Assembly: GCA_964016885.1 (NCBI GenBank)
Contig: OZ024743.1
Location: 89,528,001-89,592,000, forward strand
Direction: 5' to 3'
DNA from: Eledone cirrhosa
Lineage: Eukaryota
Length of the DNA stretch: 64,000 nt
Part shown: piece after piece, positions 1-13,775 of the stretch
Layout: each line of letters starts with the position of its first letter
Position numbering within the stretch: position 1 is the stretch's first letter
The notes under the pieces: generated by a model
What the model was told of the DNA's origin: nothing
The model's database searches: none
Seen by the model: the letters and a program-made list of their open reading frames with translations, nothing else
Made by a program: the position numbers and the translations under genes

Positions 1-880
1 TTGCAATGCAAGAACAGGAAATCAACACGAAATACCTGATTCACAAAAGAGATAGGGATACAGGCAAAACACCTAGATGTAACAACAAATGCAGACTGCA
101 GAATTAACATCGAAGATGTCACCCATGTCATAAGCAGCTGTCCAAAGATGTCATCGCGGTACTATCTACCTATGAGGCATGATGTAGTGGCCAAAACACT
201 GTACAATACAATCCGTAGAAAAGATAGCCCCGATAATAAACACATTAAAAGCTACAGCAACGTGGAAGACATATACATACATAATATGAAAGAGTACTGG
301 TGGAATGTTCCAGTAAAAAACCCAATAAAATGCAGGCATAACAGACCAGATATTATGATATGGGACAGGGAAAAGAAGGCATGCACAGTAGTGGAAGTTA
401 GCTGCCCAGCAGATGCCAATATAATATCAAAGATTAGCGAAAAGGAGAATATTTATGCAGAACTGATGAGAAATCTGCAGATACTTCACCCTGATTATAC
501 GTTCAGGTTTATGCCTGTGATTATTAGGGCACTGGGGTATGTTAGTAACTGCCTCAATACAAATCTTGAGAAGCTGGTCTTCACAGGAACAGAAAGAACA
601 CAATTAGTTAGGAAATTACAAGTACAATCCATTAATGGAACAGTAAAAATATGTAAAACATTCCAAATTTTTGCATCTAATAACTGCATATACACATGTA
701 CAGATACTAAGCATATACACATGCACACATACAACTCAAAACATCTACATCAACACATACAATAACATCCTTATCTACCTAATTGATGTGTAAATTCCAA
801 TGAGAGAGTCTTGTGTCTAAGTTAGAAACCGACTCTCTCTCTATTGGCAAACATTTGTGAAATTATGAAATCAGAAGAAC
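1..880 (+). mobile_element. 3' end of an RLE-type non-LTR retrotransposon (R4/Dong-like), with CCHC knuckle and restriction-like endonuclease
   Basis: Upstream CRL..HVISSC knuckle remnant, then ORF 148-765 with RHDVVAKTLY and RPDIMIWDREKKACTVVEVSCP...K..IY (PD-D/ExK RLE). The 3' UTR has a GAGAGAGTC/GACTCTCTC stem and ends in (TACA)n at ~880. Confidence 0.85.
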
Positions 881-1039
881 ATACATACATACATGCACAC
901 ATGCATACATCAGCTAAGTCACATATTCACAAATCCCTGGGACCGTCATATCTCGAACAAAGAAGCCTTGTTCTTTTGTTAGTTACCAGCTTAAATAAAT
1001 CTTAAAGAAACACATATACACCTAGTTCTAGTTTTTGTG

Positions 1040-1420
1040 GAATTCTATACAAGATTCTGGTGTTAAGAACTGATTAATGTTTTTTCTGTAGCTTTTGTTT
1101 CTTATTGTTTTCTGTCTAGTTTTGTATTACAATGTGGTGTAATGACTGTTTGTAAATATATGCATGGTCAACCGATAAAAAAGTGTCGTAGTTATTTACC
1201 CAATATAACAGTTTGAGTTATGCAGTTTACAACCTTTATGTTTATATTGAAATTTGTATATTGCATTGGTTGTCTAAGTACGCTGTGTGGCTTTCCTGTC
1301 TGTGGTATCATGTTGATGAGAAACTTATACATTCTGATGTTCTGCGTGTCTGTGGTGATGTGCTATAAGTGTTGTATCCTGTTTTATGAGATTTAACACA
1401 TCTATTTTATAGCTAGAGGT
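1040..1420 (-). pseudogene. Degenerate PLE GIY-YIG endonuclease remnant
   Basis: Minus strand 1270->1159 reads TNAIYKFQYKHKGCKLHNSNCYIG*ITTTLFYRLTMH (IY...YIG..T...RL..H pattern) with an in-frame stop. Confidence 0.6.
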
Positions 1421-3124
1421 ATTTGGTTGATGTAGTATACTATTTTGTATGTTTTTATTGAGTGTTGTTGGTTTTTTTTATCCATGTTCAGCTCATCTCC
1501 AGATCTGTCTATAATATTCTGTGTTCGTCAGTGGCGTGGGGGATATATCATCTGGTGAAGAGAAACAACGTTGGAATCGATGGGCAGCCAACCATATCAT
1601 ATTGGGTGTTGTATCTGTGTGGGGCAACATTGTCCTTGTAGTCTACTAATAGAAGTTGGTATTTGTTATTTATCAATGCTTCATTAACTTTTTAGAATTT
1701 CTTATTTAAATCTTCCGCAAGAAGAGGCAACAGTAATTCAACATAAAACACTACACCAGCGACCTGCAACTTCATTTTATAATGTCCTACTTCTTAAATT
1801 ATTTAAACATTTTTTATCCAGATTACAGATGTATACCGCAATGTAGCTTACGTACAAAAAATTGAAAAGATCCGAGTGCTATAGAAAACCCCTCAATAGC
1901 ACTCATGTGGGCCCAAGTCCACCTGTTACTGACTCTCGCAATACACGAAACAAAACAGGTGGTGAATTAGCAAGGTCATTAGACCATAGGGCAAAATGCC
2001 TTGCTGTATCTGTTCTGCGTTCTGGGTTCTAATCCTGCTACAGCTCTATAAGTGTGGTAGACTTAACCCGTCATTCATTTCAGCATCATCCCCTGGTTCT
2101 TGGGTGCCTTCAGTGGAGTCCATCCCATTGAAAACATTCGAGGAAGGTTTCCGGTTTGAGGATACCGACCTCCATCCCAACTAACTGTTTCAGACGCCCT
2201 GAAAACTGTTATTGCACTGCTTTCCATCCTCGATTAAAATGTTTAAAATAATAGATTGGAAAATATTAGTTGACAATACTACCATACGATTGCGCTTATT
2301 ATCATTGTTATTTCTAATTACTACCATATTATTATTGTTTGTGGTGTTGGAAGTGATGTTGGTAGTGATGTTGTTGATATATTGAATTCCACAAAAAATA
2401 ACAATGGAAGATTCATTACTAGCCAAATGAAAACAAAGAAATAATACAGAAGTACAGCTGACATGAAATAAAATATGAGGAATTAACAATTGAACAATTT
2501 TAAAACCGGCGTTGGTAATTCTAACAATCATAACATTTCCATGATTCTTTGCTGAATACTAAAGAACTCAGCAATTACCAGCTTACATTGGGGCCTAGGG
2601 TCGGTATACCTGAGCTACGCAGTGGGGTGGGCTCCCGTTGGCCTACAAAATGACTCAAATAGGTTGTGTTTATTACCTCTGTCGGCTAAACTCCCTTCCA
2701 TGAATGGTGCCGAGCGTCAGTATTCCTGAGCTGAGCAATGATGTGAGGACCTACTGGCCTACAAAATGGCTCAAATAGGTTATGTTTATCACCTCTGCCG
2801 GCCAAACTCCCTCCCATGCGTCCCCATCGTGGCACTGGCTCCTCCAAATTTGGGGTTGCATCTGAAAGCAAGAGCTCGGCGCTATAATTGATGCAATGCT
2901 TGAATTGCACTATCCTAAAGTACATATACTTGCAGTTGGGCATCGCTTATGAAACCAATCGCCCGAAGAAACTCCATTGAAATGAACTTACACCGTGAAT
3001 TCCTTCGATGTAACTGGCGCCAACCCACCCCGGGTGAACGCCGCCACAAGTACATGTACAAGTAAGAACACATACCCGTATTCACACAGGTATACATATG
3101 TATGTATGATATAAACAAATGTGG

Positions 3125-3450
3125 TCGCAGCATGACCGAATGATTAAAGAGTCTGTTTCGCAATCATTAGATCCCACAACATGACATCGTGTATCCGTTA
3201 TTTAGCATATGTGTTATTTACCATATGTGTTATTTACCATAGGCGCAGGTCAACTCATGCATTGTGGGCTATACTGGGTAGATGGAAATTGTGTGGAAGC
3301 CTTTCCGGGATGGACTGTACCTGTAATTCAAAGGTCTAGCCTTGTCACTCACTGTAACACGCTGAATCTCCCCGAGAATTACATTAGATATACACGTATC
3401 TGTGGACTGCTAAGGTATTTGCAATTTGACTGATGGAAGTGCATTCTACA
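3125..3450 (+). mobile_element. Old tRNA-derived SINE copy (related copy at ~8420-8690)
   Basis: Shared block TTCAAAGG...CACGCTGAATCTCCC..AGAATTA with 8541-8590. The 8420 copy has a B-box-like GAGTTCGACTC. Confidence 0.5.
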
Positions 3451-3559
3451 TAAATATATCATTTTTTTCTACACACCTGTCTATAAGCCCTTCTTTTCCA
3501 TACCTACCCTCCTCCATACATACGGACAGATGGTATTCTAAACAAGATAACGGTTTGAC

Positions 3560-3800
3560 ATTTCAATGTGCTGGTGTTGGTGGTGTTGGTGGTGTTGGTG
3601 GAGGTGATGGTGTTTATAGTGGGGGTAGTGACAGTTGAGGTGGTGATTGTTGTTGGTGGTAGTAATATTGGTGGTGGTGGTGGTGGGGATTGGTGAGTTT
3701 GTGTTGTTGTTGTTGTTGTTGGTAGTAGTGGTAATATGAAGAGATTGTGATGGTGATGATGATGGCAATATGATGATGAATGCGATAATAATGATTGTTT
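3560..3800. repeat. (GGT/GTT/GAT)n trinucleotide low-complexity tract
   Basis: Direct reading of GGTGTT, TGT and GAT runs. Confidence 0.9.
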
Positions 3801-4118
3801 TCTTACAAATTGAAAGGAAAGTGAGATTATGTGAGGGTCATGGTAGTCTGGTTTATTTCGTGACCTTAATACCAGGTGACTGATTAAGTCTAGTATACAA
3901 ACTAGGTCGTACTAACACAGGTACTGACCAGGTAAGTGATTAAGAGTAGTAGCATACACAAACACACACACAACATACACACACATACACACACACAAGG
4001 ACACGTGTATGTGTGTTTCGGCATGAATGTCTCTATGCATATATATAATTAGCTACAACAGTGACATATACAGGTACTTAAGTTTCGTTGGGTTATACAC
4101 TCCAATTTATTCAATCTG

Positions 4119-4161
<43 letters not shown>

Positions 4162-4676
4162 AAATTAAATTAAGTGTCATGTCCATGTTCTACAGTTGAT
4201 ATGGCGCATGTCTCTCGGACATGACACCCTTAATATAATTTTGGATATATATACGGCCCCTTAATTGTAGAGCTAACTCAGTTGAAAGGACTCGGCTGCT
4301 ATTTCTAGTTGTCGATAATCCTATTAACGCCACTGGGATGACGCTGGTGCGATGTGTGTATTTTGCATTTGCTGTGTAAACACAGATAGTTAGATCTTCT
4401 ACCTTGTTGAAAATCCAGGATTTGAGTACTGTGGTTTACCGATTAATGGTTAAATATATTTCTTTAATGAAATATATACAAGGAAGATTAATCATTTTAA
4501 AGGTATCTATATTTGAAGTTCTAGTTAAACTTTAATTAGTTACCTACCTAGCTGTGTGTGCTTACACACTTTTACAAATTATAATTTGTAAAAGTATAAT
4601 TATTCCCTGTGATTGTTTCATATATTTATTTTAGATATATATATAAGTCAATCAATTTCTAGTTGATATATACATA

Positions 4677-4710
<34 letters not shown>

Positions 4711-4802
4711 GAGAGAGAGAGAAGAGAGAGAGGAAAGAGAAAGGGGGAGGACAAATAGATAGATAGACGGATTTATCGATCGACAGACAGATAGATAGAT
4801 AT

Positions 4803-6080
4803 ATTTCTTTATTAGCCACAAGGGCGCACAAGAAAAGGGGACAATACAAAGACATGCCGGGGATTTTACATACAGTCGTGTAAAAAATATAAAAACAAAC
4901 AATTACAACTATCGAAATCCCTAATAGGGGGAGGCGTCACAAATGGGTTGTTTAATACCCCGTCGATAGAACAACCCTCAACTCCAGGAGCGTGTTGTGC
5001 AAGTGCTCCTTTCTTCCTTTTGCTCTCTTCTTCAACCTACAGGCTTATAAACATAGAAGGCCCAATCACTCGGGCCATTTTCGCTTCATTCACCCACCTT
5101 TCAGTAAATTTACTGGGGTGCAGTGCCTCCCTCTCCACCCTGATCCTCCTTCTAAAGTGATACTTAAAGAAGGGAATCAATTGTTGTCCGGAGAGAAAGG
5201 CATCTGTCCTCAGTCCTCTCAACCTCGTCCACCATATAACTTCTTTCACCATAGCCACCGTACAGAGGAAAACCGTTTTTGAAAGAGGCTGGCGGTTTGA
5301 TCCTTACTATGGACTCGGCAGTCAACTGGATTTGTCCCAAACGCGACAGCAGTTGTTCTGCATAGTTCCACAGGTCGGTTACGCCCGGGCAGTGTACAAT
5401 TGCGTGCAGGACTGTTTCAATGTCCTGTGCCCATCTTGGACACGCCCTCTTGGAAGGATCCCTGCCGGGGCCTCCGTGTCTGTAGATCTTGTCACAAATC
5501 GGTAGAGCTCCTCGGTAGCACTGCCAGGCCAGGGACCTCTGGAAGTTGTCCATAGGTCCCGGGCGGAAAGTCCTACCAAACAGACTGGTGAGCTCATCGT
5601 CTTCAACGCCCAGAGTCTCTCCGAGCACGTCGTCGCCCTTGTAACGTACAATCCCTCTATAGAATGTCGAAGTGGAGTCTCCACTGATTGCCGCGCCCGC
5701 TTGCCAGAGGACTGTGAGCGCCTGAGCGCATTCAATGTGCCAGGCGCCCATCGTTTTCGGTCTTTTCTTCACCCAGGACTGCATCTCCGTCAGCGAGACG
5801 AGCTGTGGGAAAGCCTGTCTCACAAACGGTGCCCACACCGGTGGGGGTCGGTGAGGAATACCTTGAGATGTCGCAGCTTCAGCGCATGTTTGCGCATCAT
5901 CAGCCACGGCATTCCCAGCCCTCCGTTGGAAGGGTGCTGACAGCAGACGGATTTCATCACCAGCGGAGCCTGCTTCTTCCACAGAAACTGGAAGAGCATG
6001 CGTTCCATCTTGGCGAGGTGTTCACGGGGACAAGGCACGACAGTCAAGCGTTAGTAGATGACGAACGCTATGAAAGTGTT
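4803..6080 (-). mobile_element. 5'-truncated Tx1-type L1-clade LINE (ORF2 C-terminus and 3' UTR) inserted in (GATA)n
   Basis: Frames give TVVPCP..LERMLFQFLW, HPSNGGLGMPWL, SLAWQCYRGALP and CPRW..ETVLHAIVHCP (zf-RVT-like). 3' end CCCTTGTGGCTAATAAAGAAAT. GATA repeats on both sides. Homologous to 56850-57884. Confidence 0.85.
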
Positions 6081-6096
6081 AGATAGATAGATAGAT

Positions 6097-6151
<55 letters not shown>

Positions 6152-6477
6152 TAGGTGCCCTTGAGTGTTCACTAAATATACACAAAACGTAGACGCATGG
6201 TTTAGTTAAAAAAGACTTAGAAAACGAATCACACGTGTGGGATTCCACACAGTCTCTGTAGAACATTGATGTGAGTACTGCCTACACTCACAGCTTTATC
6301 CAGGTTTGTATACACACAAACATATATATATATACATATATACACACACACACACACACATAGAATGTTATATTTTTATATACATACATATCAATCATCT
6401 TATAAAAATATAAATACACACATTATAAAAAGCATTTACAAAACATCTATATTATACGTCGTAAACATTTGGGTGTG

Positions 6478-6519
<42 letters not shown>

Positions 6520-6637
6520 TACGCACATAGATGTGTGTGTATGCCTGTGTGCTCGCGTGCGTGTGTGTGTGGCTGTATTGGTGGAATGATGCACGAGTTT
6601 CTCCGGTGCAGCCGGCAAACCATCTATATATTATATC

Positions 6638-6825
6638 GGTGAATTGGCAGAATCGGTAGAGGGTCGGACGCCATGCTTTGACGCATACAGTTACGGCCCT
6701 TGCCATTCTGAGTTCAAATCCCGACGAGGTTAACTTTGCTTTTCATCCTTATGGGGTCGATAAAATTAAGTACCAGTAATGTACTGGGTAATTGCTGGCC
6801 TTGTGCCAATAGTAGAAACAATTAT
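6638..6825 (+). mobile_element. tRNA-derived SINE, family A (full length)
   Basis: A-box-like TGGCAGAATCGG, B-box GAGTTCAAATCC, central TTTCATCCTTAYGGGGTCGATAAA..AGTACCAG, 3' GGCCTTGTGCC..TAGAAACAATTAT. About ten copies in the window. Confidence 0.85.
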
Positions 6826-6955
6826 ATAGTAAGCTGGATAAAATACTTACTCATATTAGCTCCGGTTCTCTTCTCTCTGAGATCAAATCCCGTTGAAGTT
6901 AACTTTGCATTTCATCCTTAAATAAAGTATCAGTCCAGTATTGTGGTCGGTTATT

Positions 6956-6990
<35 letters not shown>

Positions 6991-7589
6991 TACACACACG
7001 CACACACACATATATAGATGGATGTAGGAGGTCACACTGGGGAAAAACAAAAGTATTAAGCGAAAGAAAGTACTAAATACAGTTAAGTGGAGTAAAACAA
7101 TATTTATATAAAGCCGGGCCTATGTGAGTCGCTAATCGAAGTTTCTCGTGCCTCTATCTCCTGGATTGTTGGGAAATCGATAAAACGTGAAACACAGAAT
7201 TTAGCGTTGTAGTTGGTGAATTTTTTGATTTAAAATATTTTCTCATGGAAATCCAGCGTGACTCAGTGTATGGCCCTTTAAATAATACACAGGTACAACT
7301 TATTGTTGCCAGCTGAATGGGCTGGAGAGACGAGAAATAAAATATCTTATTGGTGATGACCTTACGACCGTGTGTGAAAATAAAGAAAAAAAAATTACCC
7401 TTAAACCAAGCACTTTCACATCTCCCCCCTCTCTCTATGTATATATATATATATATATACACACATATATATATCCTGGTGCTCGAGGGGTCAGTTTGGA
7501 AAAGCATCCTCCAATATACAGTGGTGGCCATAACTAGACCCCGAAACTAATGATCGCACACACATGCTAAATTTATGAAACTTTATTTA

Positions 7590-7655
<66 letters not shown>

Positions 7656-7957
7656 AACAGGGATTTTCAGCCATCTGAATTGGGTACTAAACAATACATT
7701 TTAAAGGGTCCGTCGAGCTGCCGATCATTGAGTCGGGTAGGATCGATACAGATCGAACCTTGAGCTGATCAGTGGCGAAACGCGCGTCACCTACCAATAA
7801 ATGTAATGAAGGGGTAACCGATCGTCCTTGTTATCCTTTCAATATATTACACTCTGTATAGCTCTACACCTCATCACAGAAGTGAACCTAAACATCGAGT
7901 GCTCTCCCGGGTGAACCTGCAGTAACTCCAAGTTACACCCCCTGTATATATATATAT

Positions 7958-8130
7958 ATTGTTATACTTGGGGAGGGTCATATTGTTATAATATTGCCAG
8001 AAATAATAACAGAACACACTCACTGTTTGGTTTTCGCTTCTGTATCATTTATATCTCCATAGTTAATTTATTTGGCAATCAATGTTTATCATTGATGACC
8101 AGCGTTAACAGTCAATATAAAAAGAACAAC
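7958..8130 (-). mobile_element. Truncated solo copy of the PLE pseudo-LTR seen at 39200-39520
   Basis: TATACTTGGGGAGGGTCATAT...AATAACAGAACACACTCACTGTTTGG matches 25180-25250, 19953-20020 and the reverse complement of 39450-39520. Flanked by (TA)n. Confidence 0.75.
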
Positions 8131-9288
8131 ATATTTATATATATATATATATAGTTATTTGATGTTCAGTTCCCACTTATCGTATGTATGAGTGTGTATG
8201 TGAGTGTGTGATTGTGCTTGTGTGTGTGTGTGATTGTGCTTGTGTGTGTGTATTTGTGTTTAGGTGTAGCTTTTCATCAATACCAACACCCTCGACAATT
8301 GTCTGGGTGTTGGGGTGGAAAGCAAGAAAGGAAAACCACCCATGAACAACCCGCTTTTCAACGGGTGGCGACGTGTGAATTAATTAATGTACATTTTACC
8401 ACACACACACACGTTAAGATACGAAGTTTAGTGGTAAAGGAGCTCGGTTTACGATCACAAGATCACGAGTTCGACTCTCGCCAGTGTCTTGTGCCCTTCA
8501 GCATGACATTTTATTCCACGTTGCTCTAGTTCGGAATTATTCAAAGGATCAACATTTTACTGCGTCACGCTGAATCTCCCTAAGAATTATGAGTACATGT
8601 GTTATTGGAATGCTCAGCCACTTGCACAAGCAGGCTGTTGCAGTTGTTCGAACGACTGAAACACTCGTCACAGGAACAACATAAACATACTCACAAACAC
8701 TCTTACACAAATACAAATATTATGTGTGTCTGTGTTTCTGTGTCATGTTTACGTTTCTGTTCTTTCTGTTGTATCCCTTTATGCACGGTAAATCTGGCGG
8801 TTCGACAAACAACGATCGACAAAATAAATACTAGCTTGAAATAAGAACTAAGTTTGATACACCAAAACTCTTCAAGGCAGTGCCCCAGCATGGCCAACAA
8901 AACAGAAATAACTCTTCGCCTAACTCTAGCTCTATATTTGTTTGTTTTTTCTATCTGTTTTCTTGTCCCCCCCCCCCCCATCTCTGATCTATCTATCAGT
9001 CTATCTACCTGCCTATCTATCAATCTACCTGCCTATCTATCAATCTACCTGTCTATCAGTCTATCTACCTGCCTATCTATCAATCTACCTGCCTATCAGT
9101 CTATCTACCTGTCTATCAATCTATCTACCTGTCGATTTGTCTATCTACCTGTCTATCAGTGTTTATAGGTTTATCTACCTCTCAGTTTGTCTCGTCGGTT
9201 GTTCACCTGTCTATCAGTCTATACATTCTTTTCCACCTGGCTATCCGTCAACCCACCTGTCTATCCAAGTCTTTTCACCTGTCTCTCT

Positions 9289-9319
<31 letters not shown>

Positions 9320-9686
9320 TTCTCTCTCTGGCCACCTGTCTATTCATTTCTCTCTCTCTATCCATCTGTCGGTCTACCTGTCTGTCTACCTGTCTATTCC
9401 ATTGGTCGTCTTTATACATATTTATTATATCGACATCTATTTTACTTAATCGCTTTATTTGGAGGGCAGCGCCAGCGCCTATGAGTCTTTTCAGGGGGTC
9501 ACCGGGCCTGGTGGGAGAGTGGGAGAGGGGTGAATGGAGGAATGTTTCCTCAAACTAGAAATCTGGTCCGAATACTTGTAACAGAATGAACCCTGCTGTT
9601 AAACAGGTCAACCGAGTAAGTCGTCTATCTGTTTCTATATCTCTCCACCACCTTTCTATCTATCCTCTTAACCATCTTTCTATCTA

Positions 9687-9846
9687 CCAGTCCGCCACCC
9701 GTCTATCTACCAGTCCGCCACCCGTCTATCTACCAGTCCACCACCCGTCTATCTACCAGTCCGCCACCCGTCTATCTACCAGTCCGCCACCCGTCTATCT
9801 ACCAGTCCGCCACCCGTCTATCTACCAGTCCGCCACCCGTCTATCA
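9687..9846. repeat. 23-bp minisatellite, about 7 copies
   Basis: Unit CCAGTCCGCCACCCGTCTATCTA starts at 9687, 9710, 9733 and so on to 9825. Confidence 0.9.
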
Positions 9847-9949
9847 GTCTAATTGTCTATCTATATCTCCCCCGGTTTGTCGGTCTGTTCCCTCACCTAT
9901 TTATCTAGAGATATGTTAAATTTCGACCGGGACTCCAATCAGTTTCGGC

Positions 9950-10014
<65 letters not shown>

Positions 10015-10558
10015 CAGTTGACCACCGAATCCATTGTCATGATCAAACCGCCACCCTCCTTCAAAAACGAAGGAGAGGCGGTTTTCCTTTGTGTGATAGC
10101 TATGGCGAAAGAGGTTGTATGGTGGACAAGGTTGAAAGGGCTGAGGTCAGACACCTTTCTCTCCGGCCAACAACTGATTCTTTTTTTCAAATACCACTTT
10201 GGAAGAAGAATCAGGATGGAGAGAGAGGTGCTGTACCCCAGCAAGTTTTATGAAAGGTGGGTGAAAGTGGCGAGAATGGCCCGAGTGAATGGGCCTTCTC
10301 TCTATATCAGCCTGTAGGTTGAGGAAAAGGAGGAGGAGAGGAAAGGAGTACAAACTCTTCGTACTCCTGGAGATGAGGGTTGCACATTTCTTTTCGGGGG
10401 TATGTGTTACCCATATAAACTGCCTCCCTCTATTGGGGAAAATCGACTAACTTTTTAAATTCCATCTGTGATAACATTTTACACGTTTTTATTGTATGTA
10501 AACTTCCCTCTTTGTATTTGTCCCCTTCTTTTGTGCCCCTGTGGCTAATAAAGAAATC
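10015..10558 (+). mobile_element. 3' fragment of Tx1-type LINE inside (CTAT)n
   Basis: QLTTESIVMIKPPPSF..AVFLCVIAMAKEVVWWTRLKG..WVKVARMARVNGP. Ends CCCTGTGGCTAATAAAGAAATC(TATC)n, with (TATC)n also on the 5' side. Confidence 0.85.
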
Positions 10559-11144
10559 TATCTATCTATCTATCTATCTGTCTGTCGATCTATCTGTATT
10601 TGTCCACCTACCTACCTACCTACCTACCTACCTACCTACCTACCTACCTACCTGCCTATCCACCTGTCTATCTACCTACGTGTCTATCAATCAGTCCACT
10701 TCTCAACCCACCTGTCGATCTATGTTTACCTGTTTATCCACTTCTATATCCATCTGCACACCTGACAATTGTCCACATGTCCACCTGTCCATCTGTAATA
10801 TGGAATGTTCCCTTATCCGTTTGAACTGGTGAGATATTAACCAGAAGTAATGATCATTCAGATCTACACGGGAATGACCCACGGGTAGATGGAGGCACCC
10901 TTGGGGGGGCAGGTACCATTATCTAAATTATTCATTTCCCATACAGCCATAGCAGCCTAGTTATAGGGGTAGTGATGGCGAAGATATGGACCGGATATAC
11001 GGACCATATCCGCTGAGCCACTGGACAGGGGAAAAAGAACAATAACAAAACACACACACACACACATACAAACCATCTAAAAGACATTAATGAACAATGG
11101 ACCGACCCGTGGTAGACGACGGATTCCTAGACCTGTGTTATGAC

Positions 11145-11389
11145 CAGGGCCGGATTTAATGGTAGGCAAAGGGGTCACCCGCGACGGCCGTAGCCATTTA
11201 TTTATGCCCTCAGCTGGGCTTTTTAGCTTTAGGATGGTTAGAATATTTTTAATTTGATACCAACATAACTTTTTAATTCCAATTATTTGCACCAAGCCAA
11301 CTTTGATATGTAAAATTGGCGGGGATTTGTTGTGTATTCTAATTTTTTTTTTTGTGTCCCGAGCTCCCTAAGGTCTAAATCCAACCCTG
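11145..11389 (+). mobile_element. hAT-type MITE
   Basis: Imperfect TIRs CAGGGCCGGATTTA / TAAATCCAACCCTG. Homologous, in inverted orientation, to 50237-50539. Confidence 0.7.
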
Positions 11390-11847
11390 ATTCCCAGACC
11401 GGTGTTATGACCGAGTCTCCTACTGTTGTGACATCCCAGACCGGTGTTATGACCCAGTGTCCTACTGTTGTGACACGCATGCCTTTCTATAAGACTTATA
11501 GTAAAGTAACGGAAGTAGTAGCGACAAGGTATGGAAAATATCCTGTTAGACAGAGGCGAATAGCTGGTATACTCATTATTTATTTAGTAAGCAGATTCTT
11601 CCGATTTATAGGCTAAAAGGGGTTTTCAGAAGTTACAGAGTAAAGCTAATGCAGGGTTGTGTGCCTTTCTTCAAGGGCATTACTTACTAAATTATAAGGA
11701 GCACTAAAAACACGAACGACTAATTAAAAACAAAATCCCCCAAAACATCGAAATAACTCACTTGATAAAGAAGTTAATTATCAACAACCACCACCACCAC
11801 CATGATACAGAATCTGACCCACACACACACACACATATATAAATAAA

Positions 11848-11960
11848 TAAATCCCGCCGAGGTTAACTTTGCCTTTCATCCTTACGGGGTCGATAAAATA
11901 AAAGTACCAGTAATACAATGGGGTAATTGCTGGCCTTGTGCCAAAAAGTAGCAACAATTA
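11848..11960 (+). mobile_element. 5'-truncated SINE family A
   Basis: AAATCCCGCCGAGGTTAACTTTGCCTTTCATCCTTACGGGGTCGATAAAAT...GGCCTTGTGCCAAAAAGTAG. Confidence 0.85.
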
Positions 11961-12189
11961 TATATAAATAAATAAATATATGTTTTAAAAAAGCTAGCCT
12001 TGTGACCTCTAAACTTATAACGTTTGCCCAGCAGAAAGGTTAGCGAGCAGACACAAAGATATATTATTAGCTTTACCTGAATAAACTTTCACATCGTCCT
12101 ACCGTGGACTAACACGGCGGCTGCTATTTCTAGCATCACAGAACCATGTGTAGGTTGCTGGACGAATGCGCACATCTTATTGTCTTGAA

Positions 12190-13775
12190 TATAGTGAGCG
12201 TGTGTGTGTGTGTATATGTACACATGTATGTATGTATTCATGTATATGTGCGTGTGTATGTGTGTATAAATGTTTCAATGTATATATGTGTGTATGTATG
12301 TGTGTGTGTATGTATGTGTGTATGTATATAAGTATGTATGTGTGTGTGTGTGTATATGTATGTATATATGTATGGTATGTATGTATGTTTGTATGTATGT
12401 GTGTATGTATGTGTGTGTATGTATGTGTGTGTGTATATATGTACACATGTAGGTGTGTGTGTGTGTGTATATAAGTATGTATATGTGTGTGTGTATATGT
12501 ATATATGTATGTGTACATGTATGTATGTGTGTATGTATTTGTGTGTATGTATATAAGTATGTATATGTGCGTGTATATGTATATATGTATGTGTACATGT
12601 ATGCGGGCATGTATGTGTGTATGTATATAAGTATGTATATGTGCGTGTATATGTATGTATATATGTATGTGTATATGTATGTGTGTATGTATGTGAGTAT
12701 GTTTGTATGTATGTGTGTATGTATGAACACATGTAGGTGTGTGTGTGTGTGTATATGTATGTATATATGTATGTGTATATGTATGTGTGTATGTATGTGA
12801 GTATGTTTGTATGTATGTGTGTATGTATGAACACATGTAGGTGTGGGTGTGTGTATATGTATGTATATATGTATGTGTATATGTATGTGTGTATGTATGT
12901 GAGTATGTTTGTATGTATGTATGTGTGTGTGTATGTATGAACACATGTAGGTGTGTGTGTGTGTGTGTATGTATGTATATGTGCGTGTATATGTATGTTT
13001 GTATGTGTGTGTGTATGTATGAACACATGTAGGTGTGTGTGCGTGTGTATGTATGTATATGTGCGTGTATATGTATGTATGTGTGTGTGTATGTATGAAC
13101 ACATGTAGGTGTGTGTGCGTGTGTATGTATGTATATGTGCGTGTATATGTATGTTTGTATGTGTGTGTGTATGTATGAACACATGTAGGTGTGTGTGTGT
13201 GTGTATGTATGTATATGTGCGTGTGTATGTATGTATGTATGTGTGTGTGTATGTATGAACACATGTAGGTGTGTGTGTGTGTGTATGTATGTATATGTGC
13301 GTGTGTATGTATGTATGTATGCGTGTGTGTATGTATGAACACATGTAGGTGTGTGTGTGTGTGTATGTATGTATATGTGCGTGTGTATGTATGTATGTAT
13401 GCGTGTGTGTATGTATGAACACATGTAGGTGTGTGTGTGTGTGTATGTATGTATATGTGCGTGTGTATGTATGTATGTATGTGCGTGTGTATGTATGAAC
13501 ACATGTAGGTGTGTGTGTGTGTGTATGTATGTATATGTGCGTGTGTATGTATGTATGTATGCGTGTGTGTATGTATGAACACATGTAGGTGTGTGTGTGT
13601 GTGTATGTATGTATATGTGCGTGTGTATGTATGTATGTATGTGTGTGTGTATGTATGAACACATGTAGGTGTGTGTGTGTGTGTATGTATGTATATGTGC
13701 GTGTGTATGTATGTATGTATGTGTGTGTGTATGTATGAACACATGTAGGTGTGTGTGTGTGTGTGTGTATGTATA
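12190..13775. repeat. Compound TG/TATG microsatellite with an 80-bp higher-order minisatellite
   Basis: Marker ATGTATGAACACATGTAGGT recurs exactly every 80 bp from 13091 to 13731. Confidence 0.9.

Noticed and set aside
2590-3050. GC-richer segment with a ~60-bp direct repeat (2640/2756)
   Set aside because: Probably a transposon fragment, but no termini or coding motif could be identified.
13091-13760. Regularly spaced repeat resembling a CRISPR array
   Set aside because: The intervening sequences are nearly identical microsatellite, the context is eukaryotic and there are no cas genes.
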